DNA of 64,000 nt, taken from contig NW_026782224.1 of NCBI RefSeq assembly GCF_031769215.1, positions 1,736,001 to 1,800,000 of the forward strand, given 5' to 3'. A program made the translations under genes and the position numbers. This document shows, one piece after another, positions 50,225 to 63,600 of the stretch (its first letter is position 1; the number at the start of each line of letters is the position of its first letter). This DNA is from Ylistrum balloti. Lineage: Eukaryota. The notes beneath the pieces were generated by a model. It was given only the letters and a program-made list of their open reading frames with translations. It ran no database searches and was not told the origin of the DNA.

Positions 50225-50630
50225 GGTCTGGCAGCCTCTAAACAACACAACAGGCATGTATGTTTACCTGCCAGAAAGGTGAAGGTCAGACTGGCAGCTG
50301 TAATTATAAATAGCACAACAGGCATGTATGTTTACCTGCCAGAAAGGTGAAGGTCAGACTGGCAGCTGTAATTATAAATAGCACAACAGGCATGTGTGTT
50401 CACCTGCCAGAAAGGTGAAGGTCAGACTGGTAGCTGTAATTATAAATAGCACAACAGGCATGTATGTTTACTTGCCAGAAAGGTGAAGGTCAGACTGGCA
50501 GTCTGTAAACAACACATCAGGCATGTATGCTGACTTGCCAGAAAGGTGAAGGTCAGACTGTCAGTCTGTAAACAACACAACAGGCATGTATGTTTACTTG
50601 CCAGAAAGGTGAAGGTCAGACAGGCAGCTG
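50225..50630. repeat. ~62-68-bp tandem repeat, ~6 copies, just downstream of the CFAP97 stop (probable 3' UTR)
   Basis: CACAACAGGCATGTATGTTTACCTGCCAGAAAGGTGAAGGTCAGACTGGCAG.... Confidence 0.88.
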
Positions 50631-51514
50631 GCTAGCAATACTTGTCAGTTATTGTGTTTAGATACCTTGACCTCCAGATGGGATATCAAGGTCAATGATA
50701 AGGTTAGGAATACTTAATAAAGATCAATTAACAAGAACTAGTGTAAGGTCTGACCAAATCATGTTTCTGTTCATTTTTTTCAACAGTGAGAGGTTTGTGA
50801 TAGATTAAACTTCATTCATAGATCATTCAATGAAACATTGGTAAATATATCTGTCCACCAAACCTTTCCCTTAATACACTGAATCCAAGTGTCCTTTATT
50901 GTGAACTATGGAAGAATATCTGTAGTGTTATTTGTATTAGTCATTGGAATGATTGTGTGTTATTTTAATTTCCTATTAAGTTTTGAATATAAACTAGAAT
51001 GGATGAGGTGATACATATAACATGTATTCCTTGAAATCTCAATAATTTGGCAGATTCCATGATGATCCAGTCTTGAAAGTAAATCAGTTGTTATGTTGGG
51101 TGTAAGTTTTGATTGATGTTGATGGTTTAGCTGTAAGCTGCCATGTGTAATTTTTGATGTTTTTCATGGTGAGACATTTGCATTACTTTGTAACATAAGG
51201 TTTACAAGTGGTGTAGGTGGTGCAAGGATTTCATGGTTAGTCACCCACAGTGAGATGTTCACCGATTTGTAAATTGTTACAAATATTCACCACGTCGATA
51301 TGGCAGTGAACAAAATGAATTCTTGAACACAGTAAAGGTTGATATGTTTTGTGACCGGAAACAATGTGTTTAATGGTGATATTTGATGTAAAATATGATT
51401 AGGTGTACAGGTATTAGTAGTATGTGATATTGAGTTGCATATTTAGGAATAATTTATGTTGTCCTTAAAAGTGCTTAGTAATTGTATCATAAATAGCACT
51501 CATCCTTGTAAGTA

Positions 51515-52265
51515 CACCCCTGGTCATACACCCCTGGTCACCCCTGGTCATACACCCCTGGTCGTACATTCCTGGATCACACGTCAGTGGGTAATATGCC
51601 CCTGGGTAATACACACATGCGTAATATGCCCCTGGGTCATACACTCCACGATCATACACCCCTGGGTCATACATCTGTTGGTAATATGCCCCTGGGTCAT
51701 ACACCCATGGGTCATACACCCCTGGGTCATACACCCCTGGGTCATACACCCGTGGGTAATATGCCCCTGGGTCATACACTCCACGATCATACACCCCTGG
51801 GTCATACATCTGTTGGTAATATACCCCTGGTTCATACACCCCTGGGTCATACACCCATGGGTAATATGCCCCGGGGTCATACACTCCGCGATCATACACC
51901 CGTGGGTAATATGCCCCTGGGTCATACACTCCAAGATCATACACCCCTGGGTCATACATCTGTTGGTAATATACCCCTGGTTCATACACCCCTGGGTCAT
52001 ACACCCGTGGGTAATATGCCCCTGGGTCATACACTCCACGATCATACACCCCTGGGTCATACATCTGTTGGTAATACACCCCTGGTTCATACACCCCTGG
52101 TTCATACACCCCTGGGTCATACACCCGTGGGTAATATGCCCCTGGGTCATACACTCCACGATCATACAGCCGTGGGTGATTTGCTCCTGTATCATACACT
52201 GCACGATCATACACCCATGGGTAATATGCTCCTAGGTCATACATCTGTAGTCATACACCCGTGGG
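51515..52265. repeat. 15-bp-based composite minisatellite with higher-order blocks
   Basis: CCCCTGGGTCATACA core with variants GGTAATATG, CTCCACGATCATACA and TCTGTTGGTAATA; stop-free in four frames. Confidence 0.9.
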
Positions 52266-52996
52266 TTATAAACCCCAGTCTGTCTTTACTAGTACATTAT
52301 ATAATTTCTGTACAGATAATTATGATTTTGATACGAGAAGCTGTTGAATCTCCATTATTTATCATAAAGACTTGCTCAAGTGTATAGACATCAACATCTC
52401 AGTCCTAGGTTTACTATTGATGGTGTGTGAATTAAGTCAAATACTGACTAAAGGTTGAAATTTTATATTTCTTTGGTCAGATATTTCAATATGATATGAC
52501 TTAAGTCAAAGTGAAGGACAAATCTGTCTCATGATATTTAAATCTTCCTTCCTCATCAATCATACTGTTCACAGATGTAGGAGACGTCCTACCTATATAT
52601 ATTTTCTATGTACTATGATTTACACCAGTTTCCATATTTGTGTATGTGTATTTCCATGTATATATAGATGATGATTTACAAAGGGTTTTGTTGCCTCTGT
52701 ATATTTGATACTGAATTCAATGTGACCATGTTTTATGGCAGAGATCAGTTTAGGCACATTGATTGTAAGTAGGTTTTTTTATGTAGTCATTAGCAAAATA
52801 TCATATGGAATTAAGCATTGAAAGGTGAAATTTTCATTTGTCAAATGTTTGTAGATGATGTTTGTAGGTAAATATTGTATATGTAGTTGCATTATCTTGT
52901 GTTGTTGTCACTACCTTCAATGTAATGTGTCATACCGCAACATCTTTTCCTGTCTTTAAACAAAAATTTTCCAAACCATTTATATGATCCAAGCAA

Positions 52997-54639
52997 AACC
53001 CTGTATATGACATTATCAGTGGTTGTAGTTTCAGTAAACCACACACAACCCTGTATATGACATTATCAGTGGTTGTAGTTTCAGTAAACCACACACAACC
53101 CTGTATATGACATTATCAGTGGTTGTAGTTTCAGTAAACCACACATAACCCTGTATATGACATTATCAGTGGTTGTAGTTTCAGTAAGCCACACACAACC
53201 TGGTGTATGACATTATCAGTGGTTGTAGTTTCAGTAAACCACACACAACCTGGTGTATGACATTATCAGTGGTTGTAGTTTCAGTAAGCCAAACACAACC
53301 CTGTATATGACATTATCAGTGGTTGTAGTTTCAGTAAGACACACACAACCCTGTATATGACATTATCAGTGGTTGTAGTTTCAGTAAGACACACACAACC
53401 TTGTGTATGACATTATCAGTGGTTGTAGTTTCAGTAAGACACACACAACCCTGTATATGACATTATCAGTGGTTGTAGTTTCAGTAAGCCACACACAACC
53501 CTGTATATGACATTATCAGTGGTTGTAGTTTCAGTAAGCCACACACAACCCTGTATATGACATTATCAGTGGTTGTAGTTTCAGTAAACCACACACAACC
53601 CTGTATATGACATTATCAGTGGTTGTAGTTTCAGTAAACCACACACAACCTTGTGTATGACATTATCAGTGGTTGTAGTTTCAGTAAACCACACACAACC
53701 TTGTGTATGACATTATCAGTGGTTGTAGTTTCAGTAAGCCACACACAACCTTGTATATGACATTATCAGTGGTTGTAGTTTCAGTAAGACACACACAACC
53801 TTGTGTATGACATTATCAGTGGTTGTAGTTTCAGTAAGACACACACAACCTTGTGTATGACATTATCAGTGGTTGTAGTTTCAGTAAGCCACACACAACC
53901 CTGTATATGACATTATCAGTGGTTGTAGTTTCAGTAAGCCACACACAACCCTGTATATGACATTATCAGTGGTTGTAGTTTTAAACCACACACAACCCTG
54001 TATATGACATTATCAGTGGTTGTAGTTTCAGTAAACCACACACAACCTTGTGTATGACATTATCAGTGGTTGTAGTTTCAGTAAACCACACACAACCTTG
54101 TGTATGACATTATCAGTGGTTGTAGTTTCAGTAAGCCACACACAACCCTGTATATGACATTATCAGTGGTTGTAGTTTCAGTAAGACACACACAACCCTG
54201 TATATGACATTATCAGTGGTTGTAGTTTCAGTAAGACACACACAACCTTGTGTATGACATTATCAGTGGTTGTAGTTTCAGTAAACCACACACAACCTTG
54301 TGTATGACATTATCAGTGGTTGTAGTTTCAGTAAACCACACACAACCTTGTGTATGACATTATCAGTGGTTGTAGTTTCAGTAAGCCACACACAACCCTG
54401 TATATGACATTATCAGTGGTTGTAGTTTCAGTAAGCCACACACAACCCTGTATATGACATTATCAGTGGTTGTAGTTTCAGTAAACCACACACAACCTTG
54501 TGTATGACATTATCAGTGGTTGTAGTTTCAGTAAGCCACACACAACCTTGTGTATGACATTATCAGTGGTTGTAGTTTCAGTAAACCACACACAACCTTG
54601 TGTATGACATTATCAGTGGTTGTAGATTCAGTAAGCCAC
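52997..54639. repeat. 50-bp minisatellite, ~33 copies
   Basis: ACACACAACC(C/T)TGT(A/G)TATGACATTATCAGTGGTTGTAGTTTCAGTAA(AC/GC/GA)C. Confidence 0.97.
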
Positions 54640-55469
54640 GCAAAATACTTTTGGTTTCTTTTTATCATTGTACATTGATGACACGCTATTAAGCAAAAAA
54701 ACTTTTAAATGTTATCTTTATTGTAAAGCTGGACTTCCCTCATAAAAATAAATCTGCGTGAATGGAGAAGATAGAAGGTTTTATAGAACCACTTACCTAT
54801 CCAGACTTGAATCTACTTAGAATTCAATAAAACTGCATTACCTACAGAGCAATAGACTTTGTTTTTATTTTTTGAGACACTTTACAGGCAACCATTGCAG
54901 TAAGGTTGATTTACTCACAAAGCTGTGTCATTTATGTTGTTAATGAATGTCATATAAAGTCTTTATTACTGTTTTAACATTTCCAACACCATTTGGCATT
55001 TACCGTCAATTGTAATCAAATTGAAAAATAAAGAATTAAATCTTGAATACTGATGGTGTGACCTGAGGTTATATATAATACATGTTCCTTGCAGTGCTGA
55101 AACAAACTGTAGTAGTCATGGAAGTACTTGTATTTACAGCCTGATGAATGCAACTTCTATCTGATAGGTTTATACCTGTAGTACCATGCAGTAGGTAATA
55201 CTTTTGTCTGGCTACAACGAAGGCACAGGCTAATGATTTCTCCACTGGTTCTAGCCTTAACATCCTCATCTATCTTTGAATGTTTATATCTGTTTCTGCA
55301 CAAAGTACAGTAACTACATTACTTGGTTTATGTTTTGGGTGAAAACAGCATTGAATGGTTTTCCAATTCACTTTTTGTGAATAAATATTTAAATATATAA
55401 ATATCGTTGCAGTATATATTTGAAATATGATACAGATATTTGTCAGATATCACATTTATTTTATTTTGA

Positions 55470-56280
55470 TTATTTTATCCCCCACAGTTATAGGGAGTTA
55501 TACTGGAATCACTTAGTGTGGAAGTCTGTTGTAGGCAGATATTGTCTGATATTCTGGTATTTTGGTTGCCATGTTAACTGTAAACAGATAGTGCTATAAA
55601 TGGCCATTACTCCTTGGTCATTCAACAGATTTTATTTACCTACGATCAAATGGTATACCTAATGGAAACCTATAGTAGGATACATTTAGGTGATTCAGAA
55701 CCAGCTGCTATGGTAACACAATCCTGGCCCCTGATTTGTCAAAATTTTGATATTTTCTGGTTTTGACCAAATTTGGTATGTAGGGTATGAGGATGCCAAA
55801 TATCACTGTATGCGTTTCATTGTCATGACAACATTATGAAGGCAAATGATGGCCTCTGACTGGTTGGTGTTAGAGAATGACAAGAATCACTGTATTAGTT
55901 TCATTGTCCTCAGAATTATGCTGAGGAAAATGGTGGCCTCTTATTCATGAAATTTTGATGTCTGATTTTTATCAAATTTTTGTTTATAGAGGTATTGGGG
56001 AATGCAAATTATCAACAGTTTTTTACTTTTTCATGGAGTTTTGACAAGATTTTGTATGAAGATATCTTTGCATCTGCAGGGGTTATTAGTATTCCTCATG
56101 ATGAGAGTTCTGGTGTTTATTGCTTTAGATCAAGATTTAGTCATAAGTTGTAAAGTAGGGACAGCTAGACATGTATCCTCCACAACATCTTTGTTAATAG
56201 TAATACAATCATCTTTATACAAATCCACATTTATTTGTTCATTGGATTTTTTCATCCAATTTCAAACTAAGAATTAGCAC
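55470..56280 (+). mobile_element. Degenerate HINE-like non-autonomous element
   Basis: Begins TTTTATCCCCCAC...GGGAGTTATACTGGAATCAC, with internal GTTGCCATG/GCTATGGTAAC, AAATTTGGTATG and TGATTGGTT-like motifs typical of mollusc Helentron-associated repeats. Judged by eye. Confidence 0.35.
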
Positions 56281-56522
56281 TTTTATATGAGAGGTTATGT
56301 ATAGTGATCAGTGGCCATGAGTTAGGCCTCAAACGTTTACCCAAGACCAAGGGAGATAATCCCTAGAAAGTTTATATTATACATACACAGTTTACCCATC
56401 AGAAATGACAATTTCAGAGAATCATTGTATTACCTAACCTTTGATGATGATTGGTTTCCTACTAACAATTGGAAATTTACTTTAATTATTGAAATAAAAG
56501 AGGAATGCATGTGTAGAGAAAC

Positions 56523-57080
56523 TTTGTACTGTTACATAAAACTATAGAGAGGAATGGTGAATAGATCAGCTTTGTATTGTTACATAAAAATATAGAGAGG
56601 AATGGTGAATAGATCAGCTTTGTATTGTTATATAAAACTATAGAGAGGAATGATGAACAGAACAGCTTTGTATTGTTATATAAAACTATATAGAGGAATG
56701 ATGAATAGATCAGCTTTGTATTGTTATATAAAACTATATAGAGGAATGATGAATAGATCAGCTTTGTATTGTTATATAAAACTATATAGAGGAATGATGA
56801 ATAGATCAGCTTTGTATTGTTATATAAAACTATATAGAGGAATGATGAATAGATCAGCTTTGTATTGTTATATAAAACTATATAGAGGAATGATGAATAG
56901 ATCAGCTTTGTATTGTTATATAAAACTATATAGAGGAATGATGAATAGATCAGCTTTGTATTGTTATATAAAACTATATAGAGGAATGATGAACAGAACA
57001 GCTTTGTATTGTTATATAAAACTATATAGAGGAATGATTGTTACATAAAACTATAGAGAGGAATGATGAATAGATCAGCT
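56523..57080. repeat. 48-bp minisatellite, ~11-12 copies
   Basis: TGTATTGTTATATAAAACTATATAGAGGAATGATGAATAGATCAGCTT. Confidence 0.95.
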
Positions 57081-57464
57081 TGGCACTGATACTTAAATTT
57101 GTAAAGCGTCATTCAATAATCGTTTCATCTATTACCACATTTTATCAGTTGTTGAAATTATCATCTGGTCGCTAATTGCTATCTTACTTGCCAGCAATTT
57201 GAGACTGTCACAAAAGAAAAAAAAACAGATGTAGCTCAATCCTGGTATAGCTATTATGTCGTTTTGACATTGCTTTTCTTTCAAATCTCATTTTTTAAAA
57301 TGGGTTAGAAAGTGTCTTCAAACCTATATATGATGCTCTATTCGTCTGTGGTGTAATACCAGCTATAACAGTGTAATGCATTTATAGAAGTTTAGTTTGG
57401 ATTTCTGTTCTTGTTCTAATTTACTTATATCTATGGCCTGACTGAAAACAATGTCTTCACCCAG

Positions 57465-57795
57465 ACTTACTTCCCTTGGTTTTGATCTATAAGTACATGG
57501 TATATAGTAATAAAATGTCTCCATTCTGAACTTTCAGAATTACCTCCCTTGATTTTGATCTATCAGTATATGGTATATAGTAATAAGATGTATCCATTCT
57601 GAACTTTCAGACTTACTTCCCTTGGTTTTGATCATGTCTCCATTCTGAACTTTCAGACTTACTTCCCTTGGTTTTGATCATGTCTCCATTCTGAACTTTC
57701 AGAATTGCTTCCCTTTGTTTTGATCATGTCTCCATTCTGAACTTTCAGACTTACTTCCCTTGGTTTTGATCTGTCAGTATGTGGTATATAGTAAT
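57465..57795. repeat. Irregular ~45-70-bp tandem repeat, ~6 units
   Basis: CCATTCTGAACTTTCAGA(C/A)TTAC(T/C)TCCCTTG(G/A)TTTTGATC. Confidence 0.85.
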
Positions 57796-57949
57796 AAGCT
57801 TGACAGCCGATGGGGGCCGAGAATGGTTATCACTAATGGTTCTGCAGCTCCGTGTGGTTAGTGCTCTACAATCAAGTTCTACTGAGGCACCTTAATGGCC
57901 GGAACACCACATTTCCTGAGTACAATTAAGTTTACTTGATTGTCATAAT

Positions 57950-58590
57950 CCTATCATGATTGGTTTAAGGGGTTTTTTTTAACATGTAATAACTATTGAT
58001 TGGTTTAATGTGTCAATCTATTATAAGAATGCTGGTGATAGAGCGGTTTTTAATAGCTATCCTGATTGTTTTAGAGGTTTTTTTTATAGCTATTAATAAC
58101 TATCATGATTGGTTTAGATGGGTTTCTGATAACTATTTATAACTATCAAGACTGGTTTAGAGCGGTTTTTAATAGCTATCATGATTGGTTTAGAGGGTTT
58201 TTCAACAACTATTGATAACTATCATGATTGGTTTAGATGGGTTTCTGATAACTATTTATAACTATCAAGACTGGTTTAGAGCGGTTTTTAATAGCTATCA
58301 TGATTGGTTTAGAGGGGTTTTTTGATAGCTATTAATAACTATCATGATTGGTTTAGAGGGGTTTCTGATAACTATTTATAACTATCAAGACTGGTTTAGA
58401 GCGGTTTTTAATAGCTATCATGATTGGTTTAGAGGGTTTTTCAACAACTATTGATAACTATCATGATTGGTTTAGAGGGGTTTTTTGATAGCTATTAATA
58501 ACTATCATGATTGGTTTAGAGGGGTTTTTTGATAGCTATTAATAACTATCATGATTGGTTTAGAGGGGGTTATTGATAAGTCTGTCTTTT
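57950..58590. repeat. ~29-40-bp composite minisatellite with ~115-bp higher-order period
   Basis: ATAGCTATTAATAACTATCATGATTGGTTTAGAGGGGTTTT with variants repeating as blocks. Confidence 0.85.
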
Positions 58591-59018
58591 TTCTTCTTGT
58601 CTTTAAGATGCAGGTTAATTTTTATGTAATGTCTGAATATTTAATATGTGCTATAAAAGCATTATATTGTACATGTACATTGTATTCTCGTGTATTTATA
58701 CTAATAAACTGTAAGAGATTGGTTTAGAGGGGGTTATTGATAAACTTTAAGATGCAGGTTAATTTTTATGTAATGTCTGAATATTTAGTACATGTACAGT
58801 GTATTTATACTAATAAACTGTAAGAGTGAATAAACGATACAATATTACGGACAACAGGTACACAGGGTTACCTCGTGCTAAAATTGTTTATGTTTACATC
58901 CTAGAAGTGATAACGTGGTGTGTTGACCTTTGACTTGGTATGTTACATTGTATCTGTTGAACTCTGGATCAGCTTCAAATTAGGTGTAACTATTGGATTA
59001 ACACATACATAGGCTATA

Positions 59019-59914
59019 TCGTGTACACGACAGAGACGTGAATCATTAACACAGACACCTGTCGTGTACACGACAGAGACGTGAATCACTAACACAGACA
59101 CCTGTCGTGTACACGACAGAGACGTGAATCACTAACACAGACACCTGTCGTGTACACGACAGAGACGTGAATCACTAACACAGACACCTGTCGTGTACAC
59201 GACAGAGACGTGAATCGTTAACACAGACACCTATCGTGTACACGACAGAGACGTGAATCACTAACACGGACACCTGTCGTGTACACGACAGAGATGTGAA
59301 TCACTAACACAGACACATGTCGTGTACACGACAGAGATGTGAATCACTAACACAGACACCTATCGTGTACACGACAGAGACGTGAATCACTAACACATGC
59401 ACATATCGTGTACACGACGGAGACGTGAATCACTAACACAGACACTTATCGTGTACACGACAGAGACGTGAATCACTAACACAGACACTTATCATGTACA
59501 CGACAGAGACGTGAATCACTAACACAGACACCTGTCGTGTACACGACAGAGACGTGAATCGTTAACACAGACACCTATCGTGTACACGACAGAGACGTGA
59601 ATCGTTAACACAGACACCTGTCGTGTACACGACAGAGACGTGAATCACTAACACATGCACATATCGTGTACACGACAGAGACGTGAATCACTAACACAGA
59701 CACTTATCGTGTACACGACAGAGACGTGAATCACTAACACAGACACAGACACCTATCGTGTACACGACGGAGACGTGAATCACTAACACAGACACCTATC
59801 GTGTACACGACAGAGACGTGAATCACTAACACAGACACCAATCGTGTACACGACAGAGACGTGAATCACTAACACTGACACCTGTCGTGTACACGACAGA
59901 GACGTGAATCGTTA
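59019..59914. repeat. 43-bp CpG-rich minisatellite, ~21 copies; consensus unit carries a 16-bp perfect palindrome
   Basis: TCGTGTACACGACAGAGACGTGAATCACTAACACAGACACCTG; palindrome TGTCGTGTACACGACA. Confidence 0.96.
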
Positions 59915-60179
59915 CATGTTGCTTTCCATTAATTTGTGTATGAATAATTTCAGTACTAGATGCGAAAAACCAATAGCAATTCAAGCCGGGATATTATCCT
60001 TGTCTTCAAGCTGTTTTATACCGATAACGTCCAATTAGGAAATTTTTCAAAAGTCTGTAGTGAAGAAAACGTTTTTATTATTATGAATGTTTAGGTAAAT
60101 GTTTCAATACTTGTCAACATAGCTATTAATTTTGTAGCAATTAGATCTAATCAGCCTTAAGTGCAACATTTCTTTATTA

Positions 60180-60641
60180 CAGGCAACAACAACTGGACTC
60201 GGCCACGTGATAGTCCCGTTCCGTAATTGAAACGGATCGACCGGATAAATGAAAGCAAGCCACAAAAATCCATTGACTCGCACCTACTTCCGGTCACATT
60301 TAAGGTGTTGGTTACTTTTAATGATCATTGAAAAAAAATACAAGAGAAAGAGTGTTCCATAAATGTGCAGGTATTTTAAAGATGTCTTAATTTGTAAGTG
60401 AGTTAAGGTCGTGGTTCTTCCTTACCTGTCTGTCTTAATCCATTTTACATTGCCCTCAGCTTAACCCCTTAGTGAGCCCCTAAAAACCGATCTAGGTCAC
60501 CTGTGTCACAAGGAGGCTTGCTTTCAAGACTCGGAGGGAAAACATGTAAACTAATGTCCGAAGAGTCTGGTATCCAGCAGTGCTATTTTACCCTGTCAAT
60601 GGTACCCAACTTGTAACGATTTGAACACCCAAAACGGGAAG
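60180..60641 (+). promoter_or_regulatory. Putative ING promoter/5' UTR with an ETS-type site
   Basis: CpG-retaining stretch; ACTTCCGG (CCGGAAGT on the minus strand) at 60286-60293. No TSS data. Confidence 0.4.
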
Positions 60642-63600
60642 ATGTCGATGTTGAATCAAGCTGCGGTGGAGGCCCTCTGCTCTGCTACCTACCTGGAAAA
60701 CTATTTGGACACGATGGAAAATTTGCCAGACGATTTACAGAAAATCGTTACCCAGCTTCGGGAACTAGATATTCAGTGTCGAGGTTTGTATATACACCAT
60801 TGCTGTTTTAAACCGTGTCAGATAGTATCCTGTGATGTATTAGGTGTTACCAGTGGCAGAGAAACTCTTGTTCTCGTGATCGGTGTCACTCAAATACGGC
60901 GTGCTGGATCAATGTAGCCTAGGTTTAACTAAATTTCAGTTGTTTCAGATAACGTTTGAATTGAAACTTGATTTCTGTGGATGTGTCCATGTGTATTTAT
61001 TTGTTTGTAAACATGTAAAGGAAACACATTTTTACGAGAAGTGTACTGTTATTATAAAGAATAGTGGGGACCTGTTGGAAACATTCGTCGTCTGACGCTC
61101 AGCGATGAATACAACCACTTCCGGTTCATATCTATTTTTAGCCAACATGTGTAAATAAAAGCACATGCTTTTTTAATTTTCATTAATTATGGCATTTGAG
61201 ACTAAAAGACTTAATTAAGTTATCACTCTAGTTTATTTCACGAGTTGATGTTACGGTTTAATGAACCACAGGTTTAAAGACCAGGTTGGTGTGGTTTGAA
61301 TATGGTGTTTTATCATGTGGAAGACCCAGGTTTGGTTTTTAGGTCACCTGAGACAAAGTCGCAATGTGATCTATTGCAAACCCCTTTTGTCTGTTTTGTA
61401 CGTTGTGCTTTTTTATGCTGTTAACATTTTCTACTTCTGGAGAACTTCTGAACTGACTTCAATGGAATTTTACAAAAACCTTACATGGCTAAGGGCACAC
61501 CCAAATTGTAAACAGTATGGCCTCCAACCCCCAGGGGCCTGATGGGCGGGGCAAAAAAGGGTCAAATTGATTGAGACTTCAAAAATCTTCTTCTTAAATC
61601 CTAGGTTTGGGAAAATCAATTACTTCTCATGGATAGAAAGGCTTTCAGATGCTTTGCCATAATTGTAAATTTCATAACCCCAGGGTCTCACAAATCCCCT
61701 TGGGGAGTGGGTGAAGTTTATAAAAGTTAATGTCGGAAAATCAAATTTTGATCATTATTTGTTTATTTTCTATTGGAAATAGTTCAAACCTGGATAGAAT
61801 TATTAGTTTAAGATGGCACTTTAATAAGATGCAAATATTGACCTCGGTTGATCCAGAGGAGGGTCTTAATTTTCCGTTTGGGGAGAGGGTAAAGTTTACT
61901 ATTGTTAATGTCTGAAAATCACATTTTTGAACATTATGTGTTTATTTTCTATTGTAAATAGTTCAAACCTGGTTAGCCTATTGACCTCCGCTGACCCCAC
62001 TGGCTGATCAACAGCTGAGCCAAAGAAGCATGCTCTGTCAGCTGAGTGATGGAGACTGTATTTATCACTGTATACAAGTCACACCAACCCTCTCCTTTTC
62101 CATTAGCACTATTTCTCGAGAAGTACTGGAGGGATATTTTGCCTACAGGTCTAAATAGCTTTTTGGGATTTTGAGAGTTGAAAGTTGTTATAGGGATATT
62201 TCTCAGACTTAATAGGTACATGTGTGTTTCCCTCAGTACGAATTTGTGTCCATTCAATTTTGAGTCAAATCAGTAAAATGGCTGACATGCAACCATCTTG
62301 GATTTTGACAGTTGAAGATCACTTTTGCAATTTCTTGATTGCTGCAAGAATATTTCTCAAACTTGATATATAAGTTTCCCTCTGTCCCATGCTGCACCTT
62401 TTGAATTTGTAGTATGATCAGTGAAATTAAATGGCTGTTAGATGAAGTAAAACGAAATTGGCAAAAACCCATAATTATTTATTTAAATTGGATAAGCTTT
62501 CTGATGTATTTTAATTGATTACATACCAGCTGATTGTGTGTTAAATACTCATTGAAAATGATTGCAGTTTTCATTGCAGCAATGTTTTCCATTTTATAAC
62601 TTTCTGCTTAAATAATTCACCTAGAATTTGCAAAGAATAAACATGATTGATAAAAGGCATCTATATTATGCATAATATGAATTATGTTTTTGCGATAACA
62701 AGAAAATATCGAGGTACTGTTGATTCAATATGAAAAATTACAATTGATCATCACCTCAGATGAGATTAAACAATTAGCTAATCAAGTATATCTCATCATC
62801 GTCCCATTGCTAATTAGATGACCATCTTGGATTTTGACAGTTGTAGGTTGTACTGGAGGGGCATATCTCAAACTTAATGTGATTGTTACTGTGGCTCTGA
62901 GGTGTGCTTGTGTAATTTGTTTATAAATAAGATCCTTTTTGGATTAGATAGGATCCTTCTGTTATATTTAATGGCAAACTCCTGAAAAGAAGGGGTCTTT
63001 TGAATTCTTCTTTTTCAAAAAGCTTTACAATTTTATTCTTTGATCTATAAAACCAAGGAAGTTTGAAATAAATTTAAGTGTAATAATTACTTTCTAGATA
63101 TTCTCCAGGACATTGACAACCACCAGGAAGTTTACTGTAAAGAATCAGAGGGACCGACCAAGAAAAAGGCTCTTCTGGCTATACAAAGGGCACTAATTAA
63201 ATGTCAGGAGATTGGGGATGAAAAGCTCCATCTGATGGCTATGATAATAGAGCATATTGACAACAGGGGGAGACAACTGGAGCAAGACAGAGAAAATCTG
63301 GGTAAGCTAGTCTATTTCTCACATAGTATATTTAACCCCTACTCTGTGTCTAGCTGTGGGTTTTTTCTCACTGCTTGAAATTCAACTTTTTAAACAGGCT
63401 AGATTTAGGGGGATATATTCAGATGTAAACATTTTTGTTGAAAAAATGAGTTTTTTTTTTTTTGATGCAGGTGGTTGTAATATAATCAAATGGTTGTATA
63501 TATGTTATCAGGTTTGTCAGTCTGTTCATTACTTGAGTAATGCTGATGCAATTTTCTGTGGGCAAAGCCTCCTCCAAGGTACTGACAAACCTTAACTAGG

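Noticed and set aside
56650-57048. (YCYIKLYRGMMNRSAL)n ORF
   Set aside because: Translation of the 48-bp repeat only.
57465-57795. Repeat containing TTTCAG and, on the minus strand, GGGAA|GTAAGT, i.e. another possible splice-site array
   Set aside because: No adjoining exon with coding potential; the motif resembles common interspersed-repeat sequence.
59019-59914. CRISPR-like palindromic repeat array
   Set aside because: No unique spacers, no cas genes and a spliced eukaryotic context. The same applies to all other arrays.
60415-60430. Minus-strand donor GACAG|GTAAGG suggesting a divergent transcript from the ING promoter
   Set aside because: No downstream exon could be identified in 50-60 kb; the motif alone is insufficient.
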